Below, in pieces: positions 32,225 to 41,944 of a stretch of DNA of 64,000 nt. Origin of the DNA: Ignavibacteriota bacterium (GTDB taxonomy: Bacteria; Bacteroidota; Ignavibacteria; UBA10030); assembly GCA_963727825.1 (NCBI GenBank), contig CAVSHO010000009.1, positions 640,001-704,000 on the forward strand, read 5' to 3'. Made by a program: the position numbers and the translations under genes. The notes beneath the pieces were generated by a model. That model was not told where the DNA came from. It saw only the letters and a program-made list of their open reading frames with translations, and did not search any database. The first letter of the stretch is position 1. Each line of letters begins with the position of its first letter.

Positions 32225-33310
32225 TCAAAGTATAGTTTTATTCTGCAAGATATTTGCTAACTGAAGCATATCTTCCATTACACCGGCGGCTTTAATTTCA
32301 GGACCTGCGCCCGGCCCGGATATAACAAGCGGCATTTCTTGATAGCGATGCGTAAAGATCGCGACAGAATTCACTGGACCGCTTTTAGATCCTATATGGC
32401 CGTCTTTCGCAACCGATGTCAAGCCAACTCTGCCGCCTTTGGATGTCATATATGCAACATACCGAAGGCTTCTCCCTTCGCTTTGTGCCAACCGAACTTG
32501 CGATGCGTACATCTCATTGAGCGACGGAAGTGCAGACATAAATTCTTCAACTGTTCGTTCAGTCCACGTCTGCGGATACATTGGTTCTGAAGTTAGATTG
32601 CTCATCTCCAGCGGCCAGCCGGCTGTGCGTGCAAGAATCAACGCTTTTCGCACAATGTCATGTCCGCTTAAATCGTCCCGAGGATCCGGTTCAGTATAAC
32701 CCATATTCCTTGCATTTGCCACAGCGACAGAATATGGAACACCCAATTCTAAAGCGGTACACAAAAAACCTAGCGTGCCACTCACGGATGCTTCGATACT
32801 TGTAATTTCGTCTCCTGTATCGAGTAAGTATCGTAACGTGGAAATGAGAGGAAGCCCGGCGCCGACTGTCGCTTCATATCTGATCAATGGATGATCATAG
32901 TACATTTTTGCTTTCGCCCATTCGGCAGCAAGTGGCATTTTATTTGCGACAACGATACCGCATCCCGCTTTTAATGCATCCTGAACGATAGCGGTCGTTT
33001 CCAGTGTATGTGTCGCATCAACGAGAAGAGTGCCAGGAAGCAGAACATCATACAACTTTGCATGTGGATGAAGATCCGCAACACCATTGAGTTTTCTGCG
33101 ATCATCAGTATCTCGTAGAATTTTTCGCAGCATCTCTTCGGAGATGCCTTCATTTTCCCACATCAAACCGGATGCATCAGATATGCCCGCGAGGATAAAC
33201 TGAATTCCAGTTCTTTGGGCAACGGTTTTGTGTGTATCGAGAATCTGAGTCATTAAGGCCCGACCGACAGGACCTAAACCAAGCAAGATAAATGGTACTT
33301 GTTTGTCCAT
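32225..33310 (-). CDS. Stand-alone homoserine dehydrogenase
   Basis: GLGPVG, ANK, YEATVGAGLP and GYTEPDPRDDLSGHD..RK motifs. Confidence 0.88.
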   Translation of the reverse strand: MDKQVPFILLGLGPVGRALMTQILDTHKTVAQRTGIQFILAGISDASGLMWENEGISEEMLRKILRDTDDRRKLNGVADLHPHAKLYDVLLPGTLLVDATHTLETTAIVQDALKAGCGIVVANKMPLAAEWAKAKMYYDHPLIRYEATVGAGLPLISTLRYLLDTGDEITSIEASVSGTLGFLCTALELGVPYSVAVANARNMGYTEPDPRDDLSGHDIVRKALILARTAGWPLEMSNLTSEPMYPQTWTERTVEEFMSALPSLNEMYASQVRLAQSEGRSLRYVAYMTSKGGRVGLTSVAKDGHIGSKSGPVNSVAIFTHRYQEMPLVISGPGAGPEIKAAGVMEDMLQLANILQNKTIL

Positions 33311-33335
33311 TATTCATTTCCTAAAAATAGTCTCG

Positions 33336-34397
33336 TTAAATCCCTGCAGCAACCATATCACCGATCTCTTCAGTAGTATATCCCATTTTTCCTGCTGCTA
33401 GAGTCTTGAGTTTTTTCTGTACAATTTTGATAACTGCATTCTCGATTGCTTTACCGGCTTTTTCTTCTCCAATTGTTTCTAACAGCATTCCCATTGCACA
33501 AATCGCTGCAAGCGGATTAATGACATGTTTTCCGGTATACTTTGGTGCAGATCCGCCGATGGGCTCAAACATGGAAACACCTTCCGGATTAATATTGCCG
33601 CCGGCTGCAATTCCCATACCTCCCTGCACCATTGCGCCAAGATCTGTTATGATATCACCAAACATATTATCTGTTACGATAACATCGAACCATTCGGGAT
33701 TTTTTACAAACCACATTGTTGTCGCGTCAACGTTGGCATAATCTGTCTGAATGTCCGGATATTCTTTTTTCACTTCATCAAACGTCCGCTGCCAAAGATC
33801 CCATGCAAATGTCAACACATTTGTTTTTCCGCAAAGTGTTACTTTTCGCTTCTTGCTGTTACGCTTTTTGCAATACTCGAAAGCGTAGCGTATGCAACGT
33901 TCAACACCTTTGCGAGTATTATGAGAGATTTGAATTGCAATTTCATCCTTCGTGCCTTTATTTTCAAAACTACCTAAACCTTTATATAAACCTTCGGAAT
34001 TCTCGCGCACTACAACAAAATCTATATCCTCGGGTTTCTTATCCTTCAGCGGACAAAACGCTTCATTATATAACTTGATCGGACGTAAGTTAATATACTG
34101 ATCGAGAACAAACCGTGTTTTCAATAAAATCCCTTGTTCGAGGATGCCAGGTTTTACATCCGGGTGCCCAATCGCACCCAGGTAAATCGCATCGAATTTC
34201 TTTAACCCTTCAAGTTCATCATCTGTAATAGTTTTGCCTGTTTTCAGGTACCGTTCACCGCCATAATCAAACATGGTCGTATCATAAGAAAAACCATATT
34301 TTTTAGAAACATCTCTCAGAACTTTCAAACCCTCAGCAACAACTTCGGGTCCAGTGCCATCACCGCCAATTACCGCAATAGTATATTTCTTTCCCAT
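33336..34397 (-). CDS. leuB: 3-isopropylmalate dehydrogenase
   Basis: GDGTGPEV, VRENSEG, NMFGDIITD and FEPIGGSAP motifs; leu operon context. Confidence 0.93.
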   Translation of the reverse strand: MGKKYTIAVIGGDGTGPEVVAEGLKVLRDVSKKYGFSYDTTMFDYGGERYLKTGKTITDDELEGLKKFDAIYLGAIGHPDVKPGILEQGILLKTRFVLDQYINLRPIKLYNEAFCPLKDKKPEDIDFVVVRENSEGLYKGLGSFENKGTKDEIAIQISHNTRKGVERCIRYAFEYCKKRNSKKRKVTLCGKTNVLTFAWDLWQRTFDEVKKEYPDIQTDYANVDATTMWFVKNPEWFDVIVTDNMFGDIITDLGAMVQGGMGIAAGGNINPEGVSMFEPIGGSAPKYTGKHVINPLAAICAMGMLLETIGEEKAGKAIENAVIKIVQKKLKTLAAGKMGYTTEEIGDMVAAGI

Positions 34398-34435
34398 TAT
34401 ATTTCCTTTGCTCCTTGATTAAAACATTCTTTTTC

Positions 34436-35308
34436 TTATAAGTTATTCATTATTTTACTTAATTCTTCTGATCTGTGCGTTGCTGTTGCAACCGCATCAA
34501 TTAGCATTGAGCGGATGCCATGCGATTCAAGCTCGTGAATTGCATTGATAGTTGTTCCACCGGGTGTCGTTACCTGATCGCGCAAAATTGCCGGATGCAA
34601 GCCGGAGGATTTTGCTAACTTTGCGGAGCCAAGAACTGTTTGAATGGCAAGCTTCGATGAAATATCCCGGGATAATCCCATTTTCACCCCGCCATCAATC
34701 AACGCTTCAATCACCATATAAATGTATGCTGGACCACTGCCGCTAAGACCGGTTACGGCATCAAGCTGATCCTCGGTAACTACGACAACTTCGCCAACAG
34801 CTTCGAAGATGGATTTTGCAATCTTTTGTTGTTCAGCGGTTACATGATTCCCGAATGCTACAGCTGCTGCGCCTTCATCGACCGTCGCGGCAATATTTGG
34901 CATCGTACGCACGATACCAAGATTTGTTCCAAGCATTTGTTGAATAAACGCAATCCGCATTCCAGCCACAATTGAAATTACAAGTTGATTAGGCCGAATT
35001 GATTCTTTCATAGTCTCCAGAACATTGGAAAGTGTTTGCGGCTTCACACAGAGCAATAAAATATCCGAATCTTTGACTGCTTCTCTAATGTTGGGTGTTG
35101 TGCGAACCTTCCACTCCGACGCAAGGGTTTGCAGTTTTTCTGGATTGATATCGCATGCAATAATTTTTTTTGGCGGTGTCAGTTTTGCATTAATGATGCC
35201 CTTCATTAATGCCGATCCCATATTACCGGCACCAAGGATAGCAATAGGCCGATCGATATGATGATATTCTTCGTGCTCTTGCATCACTTTTTTTCCTTTT
35301 GTCTGCAT
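34436..35308 (-). CDS. proC: Pyrroline-5-carboxylate reductase
   Basis: GAGNMG, VKPQ, RTMPN, TGLSGSGPAY and VTTPGGTT motifs. Confidence 0.95.
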   Translation of the reverse strand: MQTKGKKVMQEHEEYHHIDRPIAILGAGNMGSALMKGIINAKLTPPKKIIACDINPEKLQTLASEWKVRTTPNIREAVKDSDILLLCVKPQTLSNVLETMKESIRPNQLVISIVAGMRIAFIQQMLGTNLGIVRTMPNIAATVDEGAAAVAFGNHVTAEQQKIAKSIFEAVGEVVVVTEDQLDAVTGLSGSGPAYIYMVIEALIDGGVKMGLSRDISSKLAIQTVLGSAKLAKSSGLHPAILRDQVTTPGGTTINAIHELESHGIRSMLIDAVATATHRSEELSKIMNNL

Positions 35309-35321
35309 AACCTATTCTCCA

Positions 35322-35912
35322 TTACTTTGCATTATTCGCTTCGTATTGTTCTACCTCTTTGCTGAATCGTCGCAAGTATTCCAATTCATCTACGCCGTTC
35401 AAGAGACAAAATTTTGAAAACGGATCAATTGGAAACGATGCACTTATTCCTGATGGAAAAACGATTTGCTGTTTCTCAAGATCAATTGTCACTTCGGCAT
35501 TCGGTGACTTCTGAATTTCTTCTTTTAACTGCCGATGTTCTTCTTGAGTGAGGATGACTGGAAGCAGTCCGTTTTTCATCGAGTTGCTGCGGAAGATATC
35601 TGCAATTGTTGTGCTGATAACCGCTCGAAATCCGAATGCCGTAAGCGCCCACGGTGCATGCTCGCGTGATGAACCGCACCCGAAATTATCTCCCGCTAAC
35701 AAGACTTGTGATCCACGATGTTGTTGTTGATTTAATACAAAATCAGATTTTGGAGAACCATCGGTATTGTACCGCCAATCACAAAACAATTGTTCACCGA
35801 GTCCTTTTTTATCCGTGACTTTCAAAAATCTTGCAGGAATGATTTGATCCGTGTCAATATTATCCACTAACAGTGGAACAACGCGAGATATAAGTTTAGT
35901 AAATGTTGCCAT
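35322..35912 (-). CDS. leuD: 3-isopropylmalate dehydratase small subunit
   Basis: NIDTDQIIPARFL and NFGCGSSREHAPWAL motifs. Confidence 0.96.
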   Translation of the reverse strand: MATFTKLISRVVPLLVDNIDTDQIIPARFLKVTDKKGLGEQLFCDWRYNTDGSPKSDFVLNQQQHRGSQVLLAGDNFGCGSSREHAPWALTAFGFRAVISTTIADIFRSNSMKNGLLPVILTQEEHRQLKEEIQKSPNAEVTIDLEKQQIVFPSGISASFPIDPFSKFCLLNGVDELEYLRRFSKEVEQYEANNAK

Positions 35913-35945
35913 AGTATTTTTTGTCTTTAAGGATTGAAATTGAAT

Positions 35946-36746
35946 TTATCGTTTAATGGCTTCGACCTCAAGCCGCACCATATTAACATGAACCACACCG
36001 TTTTCATCAGCAGGATGATATTTGAGATAGTCATCTGCTAACTGAGTTATAAAAAATTCTCTATCTTCTTCCGGTACCCGATGCGTATAAGGAAGCCAAG
36101 TTGTTCTGACCCACGATTCGAAACCTGAGCGACCGTCATGTTTTGCATCTTTTGGAATCAGTTCCACACGTTTTGCCACTAACCCAGCTTCACGAAGCCA
36201 TAATCTATATTCGTCAGGTCCATAGAAACCATAAGAAAAATTGAAACCAATGAAGTACCTGCTCCACTCTTCTTTAGTGATCAGTTTCTTCATTGTAATT
36301 TCAACCTCATATGCATTATTACGTCCGCCCATTTGTAAAAGAATATTCCCGCCCCTTTTCAGACCTGAATAAATACACTTCAGTACAGGCTTATGATCAA
36401 GAATCCAATGCAAAGTCGCATTAGAAAAAACTACGTCGAATTCGTTGTCGAACATTAACCTGCTTGCATCTCCTCGTTGAAACCGCAAGTTGGGAAAAAC
36501 ATCTGTCGAGTACTTGCTTTGTGCAAGCGCGACCATCGCCTCTGAGCTGTCAATGCCAACGACAGACCCATTCGGCAAGCAACTGGCAATCTCGGCGCTG
36601 ACTTTACCATCACCGCTTCCAATGTCGAGAAGCTTTTCGCTACCTTTCAACTTTAGTTTGCCGATAAGCTCACGCGCCCATTGTTGTTGAATACTGGAAC
36701 TTTTTGCATAATCAACAGCATTCCATTGATAAGTTTGAACGTCCAT
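35946..36746 (-). CDS. Class I SAM-dependent methyltransferase (trans-aconitate methyltransferase-like)
   Basis: W...Y N-terminus, LDIGSGDG, GIDSS..M and FDVVFSNATLHW motifs. Confidence 0.85.
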   Translation of the reverse strand: MDVQTYQWNAVDYAKSSSIQQQWARELIGKLKLKGSEKLLDIGSGDGKVSAEIASCLPNGSVVGIDSSEAMVALAQSKYSTDVFPNLRFQRGDASRLMFDNEFDVVFSNATLHWILDHKPVLKCIYSGLKRGGNILLQMGGRNNAYEVEITMKKLITKEEWSRYFIGFNFSYGFYGPDEYRLWLREAGLVAKRVELIPKDAKHDGRSGFESWVRTTWLPYTHRVPEEDREFFITQLADDYLKYHPADENGVVHVNMVRLEVEAIKR

Positions 36747-36749
36747 TAT

Positions 36750-38162
36750 TTAATCCGTTAGTAATGTGCGAACATCGGTAATCCTACCGGTAACAGCGGC
36801 AGCAGCAGCAGTTAGTGGAGAAGCAAGAAGCGTCCTTCCGCCTTTACCTTGCCGTCCTTCAAAATTACGATTGCTCGTCGAGACGGCATATTGACCTGCT
36901 TTAATTTCATCGCCATTCATAGCGATGCACATTGAACAGCCGGATTCGCGCCATTCGGCGCCAGCATCTGTAAATATTTTGTGCAATCCTTCAGCTTCCG
37001 CCTGCCGTTTGATTTCTTGTGAACCGGGAACGACCATCGCACGTACATTCAGTGCAACTTTGCGTCCTCGGAATACACGTGCGGCATCTCGTAAATCAGA
37101 CATGCGGCCATTGGTACAACTTCCTATAAACACAACATCGATCTTCTTTCCTACAAGAATCTCATTCGGCTCGAAACCCATATAGTGAAGAGATTTCTCC
37201 AATGTCTGCTTATCTGTTGCGTTCTTTGAACTCGATGGATTTGGAATGCGTCCGGTGACAGGTATTCCCATTCCTGGATTTGTACCAAATGTCAGCATCG
37301 GCTCAAGTTTTGAAATATCCAATGTGACCGTTGTATCATACGTAGCACCTGCATCTGTTGGTAAAGAACGCCATGACATCAACGCTTTTTCCCATGCGTC
37401 ACCTTTCGGAGCAAACTCCCGATTTGCAAGGAACTCAAACGTTTTATCATCCGGAGCCATCATACCGGCGCGTGCACCGCCCTCTATAGACATATTGCAG
37501 ACAGTCATTCGTTCTTCCATAGAAAGCGATTTCACAGTTGATCCTGTGTATTCAATTACATGTCCTGTACCACCACCAACACCTATCTTTGCTAAAAGCG
37601 CAAGTATTATATCTTTTGCGGAAACACCATTACTCAATCTTCCTTCAATGCGAACTTCCATTGTTTTGGGAAGACGCTGCAGCAGACATTGCGTTGCCAG
37701 TACATGCTCAACTTCACTGGTCCCGATACCGAATGCAAGTGCACCGAAAGCTCCATGAGTTGCCGTGTGACTGTCACCGCAGACAATTGTCATTCCCGGC
37801 TGAGTTAAACCGCGTTCTGGACCAATAATATGTACAATTCCACGTTGTGGATGATCTTTTCCGTAAAGTTGAAAACCAAATTCCTGCGCATTTATTTCCA
37901 TCTGACGCATTTGTTTCGCTGCAAGTTCATCGGAAATAGGAACGGAAGGAGGCAAAGTCGGAATGCTATGATCCATTGTTCCGACGGTGCGATCAGGACG
38001 CCGTACTTTAAGTCCGCGACGACGCAGACCATCGAATGCTTGAGGCGAAGTAACTTCATGAACAAGTTGCAAATCTATGTACAGAACAGCGGGCGATTCT
38101 GGTTCCTGCGCAACGACATGTCGATTCCAGACTTTTTGAAATAGTGTAAGTGGTTGAGACAT
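36750..38162 (-). CDS. leuC: 3-isopropylmalate dehydratase large subunit
   Basis: [25 protein letters not shown] and [12 protein letters not shown] motifs; start at MSQPLT. Confidence 0.97.
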   Translation of the reverse strand: MSQPLTLFQKVWNRHVVAQEPESPAVLYIDLQLVHEVTSPQAFDGLRRRGLKVRRPDRTVGTMDHSIPTLPPSVPISDELAAKQMRQMEINAQEFGFQLYGKDHPQRGIVHIIGPERGLTQPGMTIVCGDSHTATHGAFGALAFGIGTSEVEHVLATQCLLQRLPKTMEVRIEGRLSNGVSAKDIILALLAKIGVGGGTGHVIEYTGSTVKSLSMEERMTVCNMSIEGGARAGMMAPDDKTFEFLANREFAPKGDAWEKALMSWRSLPTDAGATYDTTVTLDISKLEPMLTFGTNPGMGIPVTGRIPNPSSSKNATDKQTLEKSLHYMGFEPNEILVGKKIDVVFIGSCTNGRMSDLRDAARVFRGRKVALNVRAMVVPGSQEIKRQAEAEGLHKIFTDAGAEWRESGCSMCIAMNGDEIKAGQYAVSTSNRNFEGRQGKGGRTLLASPLTAAAAAVTGRITDVRTLLTD

Positions 38163-38210
38163 AATATAATCCATTTGATTTGATAAAATATTTTCTTTGT
38201 CTATTGTCAA

Positions 38211-38591
38211 TTATTTGATATTTATAAATTCTATTCTCTTTGATAATGTTTTCTTCACTGGACAGCTTTGTGCTACCCGTATAAGCTTCTCTTTTTCTTG
38301 TACGGTTAATTTTCCATTAATCTTTACCTTGTATTCAAATGTAACAAATTCAGGATCGTTTCTATTAAGCGACACTTCTGTCTTCACCTTAGAAACACTC
38401 ATTTTATGATTTTCAGCAAACATCCTTATATGCATATTCATGCAACATGCTACTGCTGCCTCCAGAAGCTCATGTGGCCTAAAACCAGAATTACTTCCCC
38501 CTTTATCAATCGTTGTATCTGAAAAGGCTGAATGTTTTCCATTAGAAAATTCTGTTCCATAATTATTTTCGACATTTTTTGTTTTTATCAT
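38211..38591 (-). CDS. OsmC/Ohr family protein
   Basis: GG...G.RPHELLEAAVACC and CPVKKTL two-Cys pattern. Confidence 0.88.
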   Translation of the reverse strand: MIKTKNVENNYGTEFSNGKHSAFSDTTIDKGGSNSGFRPHELLEAAVACCMNMHIRMFAENHKMSVSKVKTEVSLNRNDPEFVTFEYKVKINGKLTVQEKEKLIRVAQSCPVKKTLSKRIEFINIK

Positions 38592-39292
38592 TTTATTGCC
38601 ATTGCATATTTAAGTATGCTTTCTACATGTATTTCGGTCGTATTCAATAATTTGAAATTAATAAAATCCTCTTTTTTCAAGATAAAAGGTAATTCAGTTC
38701 CGCCTAATATCAGACCTTCAATACCATTCAATTCAATCATCTCATTAGTAATATCTATCAATTTCTCCTTTGTCTCCGATCGAAATATTCCATTCACAAG
38801 TTCATTCATATATTTGTCATGAATATAATTCTGTGATTCTATCTGTGGCGTTATAATCTCTATTCCTTCCTTGGAAAATCCTGTTTGATAAAATCCACCT
38901 TGCATTGTTGATTTTGTTCCAAATAGTCCAAGCTTTTTTATGCCGAGTTTTTTCGCATATGAAATCGTTACATCAACGATACTGATTAATGGAATACTAG
39001 ATCGCTTCTGCAATTGCTCAAAAACAATGTGCGGTGTATTGGATGCTATTGCTGCAAAATCAGCACCGCCATCTTTCAGCTTCTGAATCTCACTGCTTAT
39101 ATACTCAATTAATCCGTGATACTCTTTTTTCGCGATAAAATTTAACACCCGCGTCATATCAATACTGTTAATCAATATTGACGGATATTGAAGAGTCTTT
39201 CCCTTTTCCTGAAATCCAGAAATTATCTTCTGATAATAATCTATTGTCGATGGAGGTGCAATTCCTCCTATAATTCCGATAACTTTTTGCAT
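38588..39292 (-). CDS. Aspartate/glutamate racemase family protein (RacX/YgeA-like) with substituted catalytic residues
   Basis: IGIIGG, STIDYY, ASNTPH, GLFGT..TM and LGGTELP motifs. Confidence 0.85.
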   Translation of the reverse strand: MQKVIGIIGGIAPPSTIDYYQKIISGFQEKGKTLQYPSILINSIDMTRVLNFIAKKEYHGLIEYISSEIQKLKDGGADFAAIASNTPHIVFEQLQKRSSIPLISIVDVTISYAKKLGIKKLGLFGTKSTMQGGFYQTGFSKEGIEIITPQIESQNYIHDKYMNELVNGIFRSETKEKLIDITNEMIELNGIEGLILGGTELPFILKKEDFINFKLLNTTEIHVESILKYAMAIK

Positions 39293-39330
39293 AGAGCTAC
39301 TGAAACAATAATACTATTCTCCGGAACTGC

Positions 39331-40860
39331 TTAATTTTGCTGTTCTTCTTTCCGCTTTTTTGATGCCAAGGCCCGATTAAGCGCTTCTAAGTACGCACGC
39401 GCGCTGCCTGCAAGAATATCTGTGCTAGCGGCACGGCCGTTAAACAGCACACCATCAAACTCAACGCGCACAAATACTTCGCCGACTGCATCATGGCCAA
39501 GACTAACAGATTTGATAGAATATTCCGTCAGTTTACCAATGACACCAGTAATACGTTCAATCGCTTTATAGGAAGCATCCACAGGACCGTCACCCGTCGC
39601 TGAATCCACAATTGTTTTATCGCCTTGCTGCAGCTCAATTGTTGCGGTCGGACGAAGATTCGTTCCACTGACGATTTGAATATTCGTCAAACTAAACACT
39701 TCTTCAATTTCGCTCGAGGTTTCAAGAATCGCTTCAAGGTCCTCATCAAACACTTCTTTCTTTTGATCGGCAATCTCGCAGAAGAGTTTATAAGCACGCT
39801 GAAGTTCATCATCCGATAATTTGTATCCTAATTCAGTATAACGCTGTTTCAGTGCATGCCTGCCGGAATGTTTTCCAAGTACCAACATTGTATGCTTGAT
39901 ACCAACAGACTGCGGCGTCATAATTTCATAAGTGATCGGGCTTTTTAATACGCCATCCTGATGAATACCAGCTTCATGGGCGAATGCATTCGCACCTACA
40001 ATTGCTTTATTTCGTTGAACCATCATGCCGGTTAGACTGCTTAATAATTTACTTGATTTGTAAATCTCTTGTGTATCGATATTCGTTTTGAGTCCAAGTT
40101 TTTCATGCCGCGTCTTGATAGCCATAGCTATTTCTTCTAACGAAGCATTGCCCGCACGTTCACCAATGCCGTTAAGAGTGCATTCTACTTGCCGCACACC
40201 ATTTTGAATTGCAGCAATAGAATTGGCAACTGCCAGACCAAGATCGTTATGACAGTGTGAACTCAAAACCGCTTTCTTGATATTTGGCACTCGTTCGCGA
40301 ACCATACGAAACATAGCGCCATATTCGTCTGGAATAGCATACCCTACCGTATCGGGCAGATTAATAATACTTGCACCGGCGTCAATTGTTGCTTCGACAA
40401 CTGTGCACAAATAGTTAATATCGGTACGAGAGGCATCTTCGCAAGAAAATTCTACCTCCTCACAAAGCGATTTGGCATATGTCACCGCCCACACTGCATC
40501 CTGTAAAACTTGCTCACGTGATTTTTTAAGCTTGTACTTCAAATGCAAATCCGACGTTGCCAAGAAAATGTGGATTCGCGGTTTGACCGCACTTTGGATT
40601 GCTTCCCAGGCGCGATCGATATCCAATTTTACAGTCCGAGCAAGTGCCGCGACCGTACATGTTTTAATCTTTTCTGCAATAAGTTTTACTGCCTCGAAAT
40701 CGCCAACAGATGCAATTGGAAACCCTGCTTCAATCGCATCTACGCAAAGAAGTTGAAGTTGACGGGCAAGACGAAATTTTTCTTCTATATTCATACTGCA
40801 ACCGGGAGATTGCTCGCCATCGCGTAGTGTCGTGTCAAAAATGTATATTAGGTTTTCCAT
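39331..40860 (-). CDS. leuA: 2-isopropylmalate synthase
   Basis: DTTLRDGEQ, HCHNDLG, GIGERAGN, HEAGIHQDG motifs and a regulatory domain (GDGPVDA). Confidence 0.96.
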   Translation of the reverse strand: MENLIYIFDTTLRDGEQSPGCSMNIEEKFRLARQLQLLCVDAIEAGFPIASVGDFEAVKLIAEKIKTCTVAALARTVKLDIDRAWEAIQSAVKPRIHIFLATSDLHLKYKLKKSREQVLQDAVWAVTYAKSLCEEVEFSCEDASRTDINYLCTVVEATIDAGASIINLPDTVGYAIPDEYGAMFRMVRERVPNIKKAVLSSHCHNDLGLAVANSIAAIQNGVRQVECTLNGIGERAGNASLEEIAMAIKTRHEKLGLKTNIDTQEIYKSSKLLSSLTGMMVQRNKAIVGANAFAHEAGIHQDGVLKSPITYEIMTPQSVGIKHTMLVLGKHSGRHALKQRYTELGYKLSDDELQRAYKLFCEIADQKKEVFDEDLEAILETSSEIEEVFSLTNIQIVSGTNLRPTATIELQQGDKTIVDSATGDGPVDASYKAIERITGVIGKLTEYSIKSVSLGHDAVGEVFVRVEFDGVLFNGRAASTDILAGSARAYLEALNRALASKKRKEEQQN

Positions 40861-40871
40861 AGTTTGTTTTC

Positions 40872-41912
40872 CTACAATGTTTTGTTTTCGAGTAGTGCTA
40901 ATTTACGAACCCACTCCATTAATATTCCAAATTGTTCTGGTGTCAACGATTGCGCACCATCCGAAAACGCCGCTTCCGGATGTGGATGAACTTCAATAAT
41001 TAATCCGTCGGCGCCAACAGCAATAGCTGCTTTTGCAAGCGGAGTAACAAGACTGCGGACGCCAGTGCCATGACTTGGATCAACGATCACAGGCAAATGA
41101 CTCAGCTCTTTCAAAGCTGGCACCGCTGAGAGGTCGCAAGTATTGCGTGTGTATTCTTCGAACGTTCTGATGCCTCGTTCGCAGAGAATGACTTGTTCGT
41201 TACCCTGCGACATAATGTATTCTGCTGACATCAGCAATTCTTTCAACGTGCTGGACTGTCCGCGTTTTAGCAAAACCGGTTTTTTAAATTTGCCGATATC
41301 TTTTAGCAGTGCAAAGTTTTGCATGTTACGCGCGCCAATCTGCAAAATATCTGCATAGTCTGCCACAAGCGGTATGTCAGTCGGAGTGATTACTTCCGTA
41401 ATAATGAGTAGACCGGTTTTTTCACGCGCTTCGGCAAGCAGTTTTAATCCTTCTTCTTCTAAACCTTGAAATGCATAAGGCGATGTCCTCGGTTTGAACG
41501 CGCCTCCACGGAGAACTTTTGCTCCAGATTTCTTCACTAATTCTGCCGAAAGGAGAATCTGTTCGCGACTTTCAACCGAGCAAGGTCCCGCCATGACAAC
41601 AATATTACCGTTACCGATGATTACAGGCGGCAGATCGCTTTCATTTGGAGCTGGAATTGTGATGACTGTCCGAGACTCGTTCCATTCTCGGCTTGCAAGC
41701 TTAAACGGCTTTAGAATCGGGACAACATTTTCGACGCCATCAAGTGTTTCGAGTGCTTGCAATCGGTACTTCCCGCGTTCATCGCCCACGCAAGCAATTA
41801 CAGTTCGCAATTCTCCATAAATTGGGTGCACGCGGAACCCAAGTTCTTGTACTTTCTCAAATACACGTTCAATTTGCTGCTGGCTCGCACCAGCTTTCAT
41901 TACGATTATCAT
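40872..41912 (-). CDS. aroF: DAHP synthase, type I-beta with N-terminal ACT/ferredoxin-like domain
   Basis: MIIVMK N-terminus; [26 protein letters not shown] and DPSHG motifs. Confidence 0.94.
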   Translation of the reverse strand: MIIVMKAGASQQQIERVFEKVQELGFRVHPIYGELRTVIACVGDERGKYRLQALETLDGVENVVPILKPFKLASREWNESRTVITIPAPNESDLPPVIIGNGNIVVMAGPCSVESREQILLSAELVKKSGAKVLRGGAFKPRTSPYAFQGLEEEGLKLLAEAREKTGLLIITEVITPTDIPLVADYADILQIGARNMQNFALLKDIGKFKKPVLLKRGQSSTLKELLMSAEYIMSQGNEQVILCERGIRTFEEYTRNTCDLSAVPALKELSHLPVIVDPSHGTGVRSLVTPLAKAAIAVGADGLIIEVHPHPEAAFSDGAQSLTPEQFGILMEWVRKLALLENKTL

Positions 41913-41944
41913 TAAATAATTTTCTATTTGTCAGAAACCAAATA

